Positions 38,418 to 51,239 of a DNA stretch of 64,000 nucleotides are shown here, one piece after another. The DNA lies in NCBI GenBank assembly GCA_973895155.1, contig OZ316891.1, positions 9,797,875-9,861,874 on the forward strand, given 5' to 3'. The position numbers and the translations under genes were made by a program. The notes under the pieces are model-generated. The model ran no database searches, was not told the origin of the DNA, and saw only the letters and a list, made by a program, of their open reading frames with translations. Numbering within the stretch: the first letter of the stretch is position 1; every line of letters begins with the position of its first letter. Source of the stretch: Marsupella aquatica. Taxonomy: Eukaryota > Plantae > Marchantiophyta.

Positions 38418-40261
38418 GCCGAAAGGGAAGACTATGACAAATTTGGTGAACCTATTTGCATGAGAAAAGTCAGAATGAGAGTTGAAGGATACTCTTTTGA
38501 TTTCTGGTGCGTTTGCACATGGAGTAATTATTTGTACAAGGATGGAAAGCTCTTGATTGGCATTTTAATAGAGTATGTCTGGGCCATATTGCTCCTGAAT
38601 TGTTGCCAACATTGCTGCAGAAGATGTGAAAACCAGTGTGAAGAGGTACTGTCCAAAGCTTTTTGTTTGCTTTTCTTAATATGTTTAATTGTAATGCAGA
38701 GGCACAAAGTCTGTAGGACTCTCAATCAATCAGACAACCATTCCAGTTGCCTGTTTTGATATGCCTATATTGATAAGGCTCAGAGTATAGAATTGTGTCA
38801 TCCTATTCATGAACTCACACTTCTTTGGGCTCAATGTAATCAGTTGTATTGAGGTCAAACTCAAACCCAACGCCAAAATTGAACACAATGCCCACTTCAA
38901 AACACAGTTATCAGACATTGTGTATGGAAATTGTTTTTGAGTTGGAAGCACTTTTTCATCATGGGACGAAAAAAATTCCGTTTTCAAACGCATGGCCAAG
39001 GCAATGGGGGAACAGAGGGAACAGTGTAGTTTCTACTATGCCATTAGGAACGGACGTCCGGACGAGTAAATGTTAACATGACGGGATGGTGGGTCTCAAA
39101 GCTCGTTCGGCTATTGTGTTTTACAGGAATACGTTAGAAGAAGAAACAAAGAAATGAAAATCTGCATGATATTGAAAGTCTCCTCATCTCCTGTCTCTAA
39201 CTTACTGCCACCTGGTGCCAAGGCGTGAATGCGGGCTTCCACTGACCAGTGAAATCACAGCTGTAGCGCAACGGTTAGCAAGACTTATAGTTGACCCAAT
39301 TTGCAATGCAGCTGAGGTTTCAGCTTTCAGCAGAGCAAACAATGTCTTTCTCTGTACCGTGATTTGTCAACAATCCTGCTCAATTATGTGCTGTCTATGC
39401 TCGGCTCTGCTGTAGCTTCTTGGCAGAAGACTACTCGACCTTTTCAGCTGGTGTTTTTGTTGTTTTATTAATCAAAGAGTTTTGAAAGTGAAACGAGGAT
39501 GGACCACCATGTTGGACACATTGCTCCCGTGTATCACATTTTGGTGGATCCATGGAAATTTTGGGCTTATAACCTAATGATTATAATTCTTATAATAATT
39601 TTTAGTTTTCCAGTTACAAGGCAACTAAGGAAGGAGGAGACATACAAAAACACAAGCCCTAATATTTCTTATTAACACAATGAAAGTGAATCTACTAGAA
39701 TTTGCCCCTCCACATTTCATGATGAAAAATTAAACCAAAATTGCCAAAACTTCACTGTCACTTTGATAGAAGTGTAGCTTACCTATTACCCTAGCACTTC
39801 CTCAAGACTAAAAAATAATGAATTTTAACAAGTTATTACAACTAAACTCAAATTTTGGGAAATGAGGACTATGGGAGCAGTGGTCAATGGGACCTTTTCA
39901 GCTGGTGTTTTTGTTGTTTCATGTTGTGGTTCATGGGAGGTGTTTTAAATTAGTTTTTAAAACAATTGAAAATTTTGGATTGCAAATTAGAAAAGAAAAT
40001 GCTGCTAGCGAAACAGGGAGATCTGACTTCTGGAGATGACTGGATAGGATGAAACTATTACCAAATTGGCGATGGTAACGGTGGAATGCTCTGACTTTCT
40101 TTTCCTGGATGCATTTGGGTGCTCTGATCATTTCCAATTCTGCGGTCACCACTTTTTAGTTGGCTTAGTTTGGAGACTTTGGTCATCTCCAATTCTACGT
40201 TTCTACTTTGAAGCCTTAGAAAAGTTTTTGGAACTTCGGCGATTTCCAATTATGCAGTCTA

Positions 40262-43200
40262 TGTTTGATGGTGATAATAATCGTTTCAGTATAGTCTCGG
40301 TAATGGTACATATGGTGGTGTCGGGATGACCGGTTGATCCGGTCATCCGGTCAAGGTAGAGTCTAACACTCCCCTTTGGATATATAGTGATAACTATATA
40401 GACAACATAGACTATACCTAAATTATATCATGTTCATAGGGGTACATGATATAAGTACAATCGAGGTAGACTGCCTCGTTAAAAAACCTTTATCAACTCT
40501 AGCTTAGTAAAAACTCTACCGGTGTAGCAGAGAAAAATATGAGTGCTAAAGGAAAAAGAGTGCAGCCTAATAGTCCTCGTCGTAATAAATGTCAATATAA
40601 AATAAAGTTAGATGTTATAGTAAATCTAGCTTTAACATCTGTTTCATCAGTCGGTCGTCAACAACATGTCGTCATTATCATCAAGTACCACGTGGAGTAG
40701 CAGCCTCCACGGTCATCATGCGTCGCACGCTCCGTAGTCCAATCGCCTGGCAGTGAACTGATGGCGATAGTGATTTGGTGAAGAGATCCGCACAGTTGTC
40801 TGCACTTGAAATCTGCAAAATGTTGATCTCTTTTCCATGTAACTCGTGGGTGTAGAAAAACTTCGGAGCTATGTGTTTCACGCGATCGCCTTTGATGAAT
40901 CCTTTTGTGATCTGCTGTATACATGCTGCATTATCCTTAAAAATGTTAGTAGGCTTCGTTAGTGGTTGTAAGCCGCATTTGGTGTTGATGTGGTTTATAA
41001 ATGATCGTAACCAAACGGCTTCACGACTAGCCTCATGTAGAGCTAAGATTTATGAGTGATTCGATGAGGTTGCTGTTAGGGTTTGTTTCACGCTTTTCCA
41101 AGAAAAAGCGGTACCCCCTATGGTAAAAACATATCCAGTTTGGGATTTTGCGGTATCAGTGTCGGAGAGATATCTGGCATCCGCGTATCCTATGAGTTTG
41201 TGGTTTGCGCCGAATGGGTAAAATAACCCAGTATCGGTGGTTCCACGTAGATATCTAAATACGTGCTTAACTCCGTTCCAATGTCTGGCTGTGGGAGTTG
41301 CACTATGTCTGGCTAGTAAATTAACGGCAAATGCAATGTCTGGTCTAGTCTGATTTGCTAGGTACATTAATGCTCCTATTGCAGAAAGATATGGAGTTTC
41401 TGGTCCTAATATAGGTTCATGTTCTTCGCACTTGCGAAAAACATCAGTGGTGTTTTCTAATGAACGTACAACCATTGGTGATGTCAATGGGTGTGCTAGG
41501 TTCATGTTGAACGGTTTTAGGATCTTTTCAGTTTGTGTAGTTTGATGGAGTGTCATGCCAGTAGGTAAGATCTCCAGTTGTAATCCTAAGCAAAAGTTTG
41601 TATGTCCAAGGTCTTTCATCTCAAATGTTGATTTAAGACGTGTAATAGTATCTTCTGTCAATTGGGGTGTCCCAAATATATTTAAGTCATCAACATAAAT
41701 AGAAACGATGACATATTCATCATCCACATGTTTAATAAATAAACATGGTGTAATGGCATCATGGGAAAAACCCATGGCAATCATTTCATCAGTAAATCTT
41801 TGATACCATACTCTGCCACTTTGTTTCAGGCCATATAATGCCTTCAACACACGGATAGCTAGTTCGCGGCGAGTATTCCGTACGGTTGACACAGCGGTGT
41901 CGTTGTTATGAGTTACATGTGTAGATGACACATTAGGTGTAACTTGAGATAATTGTGTTATAATGTTATGTAAATATGGAATATGTGATTTAGCGCCTTG
42001 AGCTAAAGCTCGGCGACGTTGCTCCAACTCGGGAGGTGATCGCATGTATAGACAAGTGTCTAACGTTCCATATAGATATGTGGTTGCAACATCCAGTTGT
42101 CGCATCTGTAATTGATGGAAAATGGCGATAAGGTATCGGAATGTTGTGCTATCCATAACCGGTGAATAAGTTTCATCGTCATGAATTCCCGGTTGTTGGG
42201 TAAATCCTTTCCCTACCAGACGTGCTTTGTAGCGTACAACTTGGCCTTTATCATTTCTTTTGCGGACAAATGTCCACTTGTAGCCAATAAGATGTACGTC
42301 CTGCGGTGTTGGTTCGACTGGGCCAAAAGTGTGTCTGCTTAGTAGGGAATCTAATTCTCCATTTATAGCTTTTTGCCATTCAGGCCAATCTGGTTTGTTT
42401 TGGCATTCTAAAATGGATATTGGTTCTGGTGTCTCGTTAGTGATATTTGTTGCCACCATTAATGCAAAAGCATCATCTATTGAAGTAGTATTTCTATCCC
42501 ACATCTCACCGGTGTGTGCGAAGTGGATAGAAATCTCTTCATGAGTTGTGGATTCTGTGTGGTCGGCATCAGGTGAAGGTGGTATAGATGAACCGCGCCT
42601 TCTTGGTTGTTTATCCTTGGATCCCAAAGGTCTGCCTCGTTTTGCACGAGGTTGGGATGTACTAGCTGGCTCACTTGATAATTCGATGCGAGCAGATGCT
42701 CTCGCAGCTGGAATATGTGAGCGGCTAACTTGGGATGTATCGACGAAAGCGTCGGGAAGTTCTTCCACAATCTTGTGGAGTTGTAAAATTCTTTGAACTT
42801 CTTTCTCCCCTTGATTCGTTCTAAGGTCTTGCCAAAATGGTGAGTGTCGTTCCCACTCCAAAGGTGGTTGTGGGTGTTTAGGCGTTATTAATGGTGGGTA
42901 AATGTGTTCGTCAAAATGGCAATCTAGAAATCTGGCTTTAAAAACGTCGCCAGTTGTAGGCTCCATATATCGGATTATGGACGGTGAGTCAAATCCAATG
43001 TATATCCCCAACTGTCGTTGGGGTCCCATCTTGGTTCGTTTGGGTGGAGTAATGGGGACCATTACTTGACATCCAAATGAACGAAGATGTGATAGGTCAG
43101 GTTTAATACCATTAGCAATTTGGTATGGGCTATAGGTATTAAACGCCGATGGGCGATATTGGATTAATGCATTCGCCTGTAATATGGCGTGTCCCCATGC

Positions 43201-46200
43201 TGAGACGGGGAGTTTTGGCTGCATTAGTAATGGGCGTGCAATTAACTGAAGGCATTTAATGACCGCTTCAGCTAATCCATTCTGGAAATGCACGTGGGGT
43301 ACAGGATATTGTACGTTTATGCCAAGTGATGTGCAAAAATCATCAAACGTTTTGGATGTGAATTCCCCTGCATTGTCTACCCTTAGTGTCTTAATAGGGT
43401 GATCTGGGAATTGTGCTTTCACGCACAAGATTTGTGCCAAAATGCAAGGTATTACCATGTTCCTCGTTGAAAGCAAGGTCACATTTGACCATTTGGTTGA
43501 TGCGTCAATTAAAACCATAAAGTAGCGGAAAGGTCCGCTTGGTGGGTTAATTGGCCCGCAAACATCAGCATGGATTATTTCCAAGAATTGGGGTATTTTA
43601 GTTGGCAATTTTGATGCCGTGGGCCTTGTTATTAACTTGCCGCGTGAGCATGCAGTGCATGGAGTGCTCACTGGGATGTGGCGTGTATTGATTGGAATGC
43701 CACTTGAATTCTTAATGATTTTTGTTAGCATTGATTGGCCGGGGTGGCCAAGGCGTGCATGCCATAGTGCATGCAATTCGCTTGTATTGGCGTTGTTATG
43801 CAGGCATTCAATGTGTGTTATATAAAACCCGCAGGGATACGAGAAAAGTGTCTCTTTAATTATTTTCCCTTTAAGGGTGTTTTCAACCAAGTGAATGACC
43901 TCTTGGTCTCTGGTATCGCCCGTTTGGACATGTAGCCCATTTGCTCGTATATCTCTAAAGCTAAGGAGATTACGAGTTGCGTGTGGGGCGAAAATGGCAG
44001 ATTCTATATGTATTTCAGTACCCCGCGGGAGTCTAATGGAGGCTGGGCCGAAGCCCTCTTCTATTTGACTAGGACCATTTATAGTGGTCAGGGACCTACG
44101 TGATGGTGTAATAGTGTGAAAAAGGTGTTTATCTCGGAGGATAGTGTGTGTCGTGGCACTATCAATGATACATGTGCTTAGGCTATCTAAGTCTGGTGTG
44201 GTGGAGCTACTGGCCACTAAGTGTGCCTCGGGTTGTGTGGGTAGGTCTGAGAAGTCTTGGAATGGATCACTAGACTCCATAAATGCCCCGTGGGTTTCAC
44301 GGGGTGGTGGTCTTGAGGTTTGTCCATCCTGGATGGACCGTTGATATAAATCTCTGAGGTGTTGTGGGATTCTACAGTTTCGCGCGAAGTGGTTTGTGAT
44401 GCCACATTCATGGCATTTCGGTCGTTCCCGTTGTTGTCGGGGTTGTGACCGATCATTCCTACGGTTGTTGTTGTATGGTCTACCACCACCGCGTCCGCCG
44501 CGTCCACCTCATCCTCCGCGTCCTCCACGTCCTCCGCGTCCTCCACGTCCACTAAAGGACCGTCTGAAATTGTGTTGTGGGCGTTGGTTAAAGAAACTCC
44601 CCCTGTTGGGGTTGTTTCTATGGTTGCCATTCCTATTGCGCTTAATGCCCTGCCTTGATGTGGAGGGTTCGGCGGTGTCGGTAAGATGTGTTTCACTCTG
44701 TGATCCTGAGGGCAGTGTGCCCGCAGGACGTTTTCTAGAGTTAACTAAAAGGCGTTCTTGGTTTCTCTCTGTGACTAGGAGGTGGGCTATGAGCTCGGAG
44801 TATTGCCCGAACTTCATGTTTCGATACTGTGTTGATAGCCACACATTCGATGAATGAAATGTCGACAAGGTCTTCTCTAGCAGATCCTTGTCCGTAACTG
44901 GCTCGCCACATAGTGCGAGGGTTGAGGTTATTCTAAAGAGTTCACTATTGTAGGCTGAAATTGAGGTAAAGTCCTGGACCCGCAGGTTGAGCCAGTCTTG
45001 TCTGGCTCTAGGTAATTTGACCAGTTTCTGGTGGTCGAATCGGGTCTGTAGGGCTGTCCATAGTTCCCGAGGGGTCGAAAGGTGCATGTATTGTCTCTGG
45101 AGGAATCTATGGATGTGGCGTCTCAGGAATACTAGGGCTTTCGATTCGTTGGCTTTAGTTAGTGGATCTGGCTGAGGTTCGCCGGCAAGGGTAGGTTGTG
45201 CCATTCCTATCGCTGGGAGTAGGGTTAGCAATGTAAGGTTCTCTCTAAGGTTCATTGACCATTCTAGGTAGTTACTACCGTCGATGTCAAGGGCTGGAAA
45301 GTTGAGTTTCTCGAGGTTGGTCATCGGGGTAATGGCTTGGTTCCTTTTAAGTGTGGTTGAGGATTATATACTAGTAAGTATAGTAAGGAATGACAAAGCA
45401 CATTTCTGCGGCATGCAAAGTGAAGCTGGGTGGAGAGAGCATGCAAGTCCAAAATTCCTTTTTAGGGTTTTCACTTATGGTTTAGGGTTTTCTTGGTATT
45501 TGTTTAACTGCAAAGTTTCCTTTGTAGATGCTTTTTTTCTTTGTTAAACTGTGTAGTTATCCACTTGTGCACTTAGGGTTGCAGTTATGGTTTATGTTTA
45601 CTCTTGCATTGGTTATGTGCATATTCAGCTTTGTAAAGTAAATTCCCTTTGTTACAGAATGCACGTAAGGAGGTTTTGCGGTTATGTTGCAGTTATGGGG
45701 CGTGCACTTAGCGGTTTTGATTCGGGTTTGACTTTTCCTCGTTGTTTTGAGCTGTTATTGTGCCTGATCAATGCTCCCCGTGCACCTGATCGATGCTCCC
45801 CTTGCACCTCTAGAATCTGAAGTGCTTGATGGGTTGGTTCTGCTTTTTCGATTGCAATCAAAATCCTTGATTAGGCGCCGGCAGAAGAGTCAACTTATTA
45901 CGGAGACCTTCTGGCCGGTCGCCTCAACTGTTCTGTGCAAGCTTTCTCAAATTTTCGGCATCTCTCTGTCATTCATTTGGCATCATCGATCCTTGGTGAT
46001 TGATGATCGGGGCCATGGTGCGTCTTCGCGAGCTTTTTCTTTTATTCTTCTCGATCCTGTGTGTCTAGACTTAATGTGTGTTTGTCTTTTCTCTCGGAAT
46101 TTTCCTGTGCATCATCGGGCATTCATCGCCCTTATCTCCTTTCAATTTTCGAAAGATTTTATGGCCTCATTTTGTTTCTTATCGTTCTCGGTTCTCCTCT

Positions 46201-47139
46201 ATTTTCGAAAGTACTTATGGCATCCTCATTGTACTTTCTTGCTGCGCCTGTGATAGACGGACCTTATCACCTCCGATCACCGTAAGCCTTTCGAAGTTTC
46301 TTCGCTCCTTTCCGATCTCAAGTTCGCTAAATGATACTGAGGCCGGCTCTCACTGATTGGGGTTCGATGCTCGATTTTTGGAATGACACTGCTCGATCTG
46401 CTTCTCTTGATCGATCGCTCCAATCCTTTTTCCAATCTCTCGCGCTCCTTTGTCGTTTCATCCGATAATGCTTCAGTGGCTCTAATAGATGGTTGCTTCA
46501 ATTCGCGCCATCTGCTCTTGAGTTCGGCTGTCTCAATTGTCTTTTCTTCCTGCATTCGGCATTCGCTACTGCCTCGATTCTCTTCGTCAAAAAATTCTTA
46601 TGGCCTAGTGCGAAATAGTGGCGCTCCTTTTTCGGCAGCGACCTTCTTTCTCTTAATCGTCGGAGATCAGATCGAAGTTTTTCAGGCTCCTTTCCGTTTT
46701 CGAGAAGTTCTAATTCACGCTTCCTCTGGTTCGCTTTCATAAGGGAAAACGAGACCCATGTGTTCCATTTCCTATCACGCTTTGTGTTCCATTCGGCGTA
46801 AAACATTTCGATTCCCCATGGTCTTCTCTTTCTTCTTTTCTGTATCGATTCTGCAGGTGACAGTTTCCTTATGCAATTCGATCAGCCTCCTTGTTGTCCT
46901 TACGAATTCTGATGTTATTCGTACTCAATGATGTTAAAATTCTCAATCGTTACTCAATTCGCCATGGCTCTACAAAAAAAATTTCTTATCCTCCTTTTTG
47001 GCTCCGCTGGCTGAGACCTCGTGCTGATAACGTGTTTGATGGTGATAATAATCGTTTCAGTATAGTCTCGGTAATGGTACATATGGTGGTGTCGGGATGA
47101 CCGGTTGATCCGGTCATCCGGTCAAGGTAGAGTCTAACA
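40262..47139 (-). mobile_element. Ty1/copia Bianca-lineage LTR retrotransposon, young insertion
   Basis: Identical 107-bp LTRs (40262-40368, 47033-47139); TSD GTCTA; PBS CGTTATCAGCACG (47020-47032, minus strand); PPT AAAGGGGAG (40369-40377); Bianca-type gag start (LNFPALDIDGSNYLEW), RH TSSNHS.ILALHEASRE / KHIAPKFFYTHEL, and 3'-UTR motif TGCCTCGTTAAAA..GGAAAAAGAGTGCA. Confidence 0.96.
40681..45324 (-). pseudogene. Bianca gag-pol single reading frame with two premature stops
   Basis: ORFs 45324-44509, 44280-41050 and 40881-40681 are all in one frame. TGA at 44509-44511 lies in a GGR repeat (from CGA) and TAA at 41050-41052 replaces a conserved E. Zinc knuckle CHECGITNHFARNC, PR IIDSATTH, INT HADVCGP/DNAGEF, RT YVDDL. 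Confidence 0.93.
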
Positions 47140-47645
47140 GTCTACACTTTGACCAATTCTGCAATCTCTATTTTTGGGGTCCATTCAAACATGCTTCGTT
47201 TCTTGTCTTATGCTAGTCAGATACGGTTAATTTCTTGTCTTGTAGCAGAACTTGTTTCAGTTCTTGTCTTGTAGCAATCATGGAGTGTGCTCTGATGGAC
47301 GTGAGGTAATTTGGATCAGGGCCCATTTTTTGTTGTTGTAAATTTTGGGGTCTTTCCAACCTGGAATACAAACTTTATCTGGATTTTAGTCAGATTTGGC
47401 CTCCGAGGACTCAGTCCTTCTGACGATTGTGCTGTACGTTCTGAGTGACGTGGTTGACAGGTACAGTAGATTCTATTATTATTGATTCTAGAAGCATTGT
47501 TTTTTTAAGTTTTATATTTATTTTATGATATTCCATGGGCAGTGTTGTGAGAATTGGTTTTTCGATGGATTGCTATACAAGACGTTTCACTAAAGTAAAT
47601 TGGAGGGCCGTTTGTTTTCTAAAGATAGACTCCCAACACAAATAT

Positions 47646-47680
47646 TCTCTCTCTCTCTCTCTCTCCCTCTCTCTCTCTCT
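47646..47680. repeat. (CT)n microsatellite; poly-G run at about 47973-47998
   Basis: Direct reading. Confidence 0.9.
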
Positions 47681-50600
47681 CAGCCAAAACACAAAAAAGC
47701 TCGGGAGACAAGATCTCTCACAAGAAACCCAATCAAAGGAGAAAAAGCAAAAAGCCAAAAAGACCAAGGCCAAAGACCCCAAAACCAAACCCCTACACCC
47801 TACCTATCCTTATACTGAAGAGCCTGGTAGAGCTCAGGCATAAACTGCATTTGAGAGTCCAGCAAGGGAATCAAACTAGAGACCCCAAAACCAAAAAATA
47901 GTGAAGGCGTGTGCCTCTCTACAGAGCGATATAGACCTGCTATCTAAAAATCTTGTGATAACAGACACCGCAGGGGGAGGGGGGGGGGGGGGGGGGGGCA
48001 GCAAGTTAGAGCCTCCACTTGATATAATCACCTGCACAGGAATGCACAAAATGGTCAAATGTCAGGTGCAGCGCACCAAAACCCCCCGGCAAATGGGTAG
48101 AAAACGTCCCCTGGATAATGCACCTCATGAGCTAGCTCCTCCATAAGGTGAGCAGCCCGCGCAACAGCATGTCCCTGAATATGAGCCGCTGAAGCCACAT
48201 TAGCCCCACTAGGAGGGTTAAGGGCCCATGTAACTTGTATTACTAGCTGATAGAGTACGAGACCTTGCTTTTTCAGGAGGAAGCAAGGTCATAGTGGTTT
48301 TTACAGATTATTATGAGTTTTAATGGGACTTGAAACATTTTGCTTTGTGCTTGAGGGAGGAATGTTCTCAAGTGTGCCAATTTTGATGCATCATTTTTGA
48401 TCTGCCTACACATGTACCATTCCTGCGGGTTTGCAGGGCCACAACATCGTTCGTTGATTGCCTTAGGAGTTGGTTTACTTGGATCATGTTTTAAAATTTA
48501 GCAATCACAGGAAACTTAACAAGGACATATATGCATGAGTAAACAACCAATAATTCTAGAAGAATAGTTTTGTTGTTTATTGGTGTTTCAATGGGTTAAT
48601 TACTGATTGAAGGGAGCTTTTATTTGTTGAGATGCAATTCGGGGAAGATTGGATCTCAGTTCCAAAATATCTAAGTATCCATTTGAGTTGGGCTCCAATC
48701 TGCTGAACATTCTCATTTGACTAGGCTAACAAAACATTTGACCCCAATCATTAGATTTCTTATGTAGATTGTTCATTGGATAATTTCCTGTAAAGCCGTC
48801 CACATTGTATCTATCATCATTAACAACGTAGTACTCTTTTGAGATCTCATTGGACACAATACATGCTTATCGGAAAAGATAGTACATGTACGTAGGAAAA
48901 GAGACACGCATTTTTAAAACTCCAGTCGGTATTTGTGAATTATCACACCCTTGAGCATGTTGAAGAGTATCTCAAAATTCCTAAACTCTTTTGCCCCAAA
49001 GCATGATGTCATTTGTCACAAAATTGGATTATGTGTATTTCTTCTTTGCCTTTGCTCACTTTGAATATCCTCATGTTACAATTTAACATGACTTATAAAT
49101 GAGCTAAATATCTTCATAAAAGCATTCACTTTGTTTATTTGGAATCATTGACATAAATGACATATCCTCTATGATTGAAAGTTAGTTCAATCTGCATCAC
49201 TTGCTTCCCAGAGTTCTTGTTCTTGTTCATGGCCAAGCTTGTGCAAGATATTATCTTATTCAACATCCGCATAGACCTGGCACCATCCACAAATAGGATC
49301 CTGATCTTCTCTTTAACAAGGTGACAAGGGGTTGGTGTCCCAGTTGGTTTCAGTCCAAGCCAACCATTCCATGCACATGGAGAACACTTGTAAATATATA
49401 CACCAAGTTTGACTGTATTGAGCAAACAAACACCACTCAAGATAACATGTACATGTACAACACCTAAAGAACACACAAATAGTGAACAAAAGATATATGT
49501 GTTTCATGTCACAAGAGTTGTACTGAATTCTAAGCCTGTTGGCCAAACTGAATCTCCATAAACTAAGCTTTCCTCATATGTCAAATGGCTCTGTGACAAT
49601 TAGCCGAAGTTCCACTCACTAAGTACCATTAGTGAATATAGTAGTAGCACATCTAGCCTTAACCAAGCACCTGACTATAGGTAGACTAATTGTGATTATA
49701 TAATAAATCTAAACCTAAAAGTAAATGCCTAACGACTCCAATTGGTTGATAGATGTGTATTGTAGTCCACCACCTGAATTTGTTACCCCCATTGTTACCC
49801 CATGCTGATTTGTTTGTTGATGTTTTACTTTTGAATTTTATGATTTCAAAGTCTAATTGTTTTGTTGGCATCCTATGAAACACAAAGAATTATGTCTACT
49901 TTTGGTACTGCAAACATAGACACTCAACTTCTTTGTGACAGAAATCAATACCGTGACTGCAGAGGGTACAGAGGGTTGAGAGCACTTCCTAGATGTAAAT
50001 ATTAGGGTTGGAAATATTATAGGGCCCCTGCTGTACATTCCTCCGTGGAGCAAGAAATATTTTTATGACTTGAAAAACAAACATTTTATTGCAGAGTCTT
50101 TCTGAGGCCACGACTACCATTTGGATTCTCACCATGGTCTTGCATCGGCAAAGAGATCCACTGTGTGAAAACTTTGAGAATGGTGTGTTTATTTTATTAA
50201 TCGTCTTGCTTATGGGACCCACTCCTAGAACATCACTTTGACTTATATCCTGTCTTTCTCGGGTTGTCACTTTGGCAGGTGATGGGGTCCCATCTTGTTA
50301 ACTATTTGCATGTTTCCAAGCTTACGAGCTATTTGGCGCACGTTTCCATCCACCACTTTTCATTTATTTCTTTTTATTTCTTTTGTCCCACTATTCAGCT
50401 CAAGTCAACTATCGAAAGTCAATGAAAAATACAATTATAATTCTTTTGAGTTTTGTACCTCTTTTGCTTTTACTCAATTGCACATTGTTTGACCCATTTT
50501 AGTAATAGGTCTTGTTGCCTTTTCTGCATTGAAAGCAAACATCCACGCATACCACCCAAATTACTCGAGCGCATTAAGTGAGAGCGGAATTGAGGTCTAT

Positions 50601-51239
50601 GCTTCATCGACCCCCTCTGGACTATTTCTTATTTAATCAACCCCTTATGTTCAGATCTGCCCCAATCCACCTCCTCTGACAATTTCTTACAGATAGTTCT
50701 TGGGAAGAGCAGTGTAGAGATACTTCTCCTTTACCATGATGAACTCTAATTTTCTATCATATGAGCCCGTGGTCTCGCCTGTGGTATGTTGCAATTGTGT
50801 TGAGATAGGAGTCGGCCCACAATCCACGCGTGATAAGATCAAATGACATTGGACGCAATAGTGGGTACTTACGGACCCCCATTAGGGGTCTCTTGCAAAT
50901 TCTCTGCCATGAGGTTGCGCCACATCATCACAACTAGCCACAAACAGGAATGATCCTACTTTTAACAATAACAAATGTGCACATTCCTGTTTGTGGCGAA
51001 AGCAACGTAATTTTTGGGCGCCATGCCGTAAATATTAAACGTAAAAAAAACCAAAATACAAAGGAAGATATGTCATTTAGTAAAACAAAGTTACCATTTT
51101 GATGTTTGTCAAAGATATATCAGTGTTTTATATCAAAATGCTTGTATTTTTTAATTGTTTGCAAGTTTGAAAAAATCAATCGATAGAAATGTACATAATT
51201 AAAACCCATTTGGCTTCACATTGTAAAACTAAATAATAA

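Noticed and set aside
47700-48290. A-rich stretch, G-run and a 10-bp inverted repeat (48261-48290), possibly a LINE tail or miRNA
   Set aside because: No RT fragment or TSD, and the stem is too short for a pre-miRNA.
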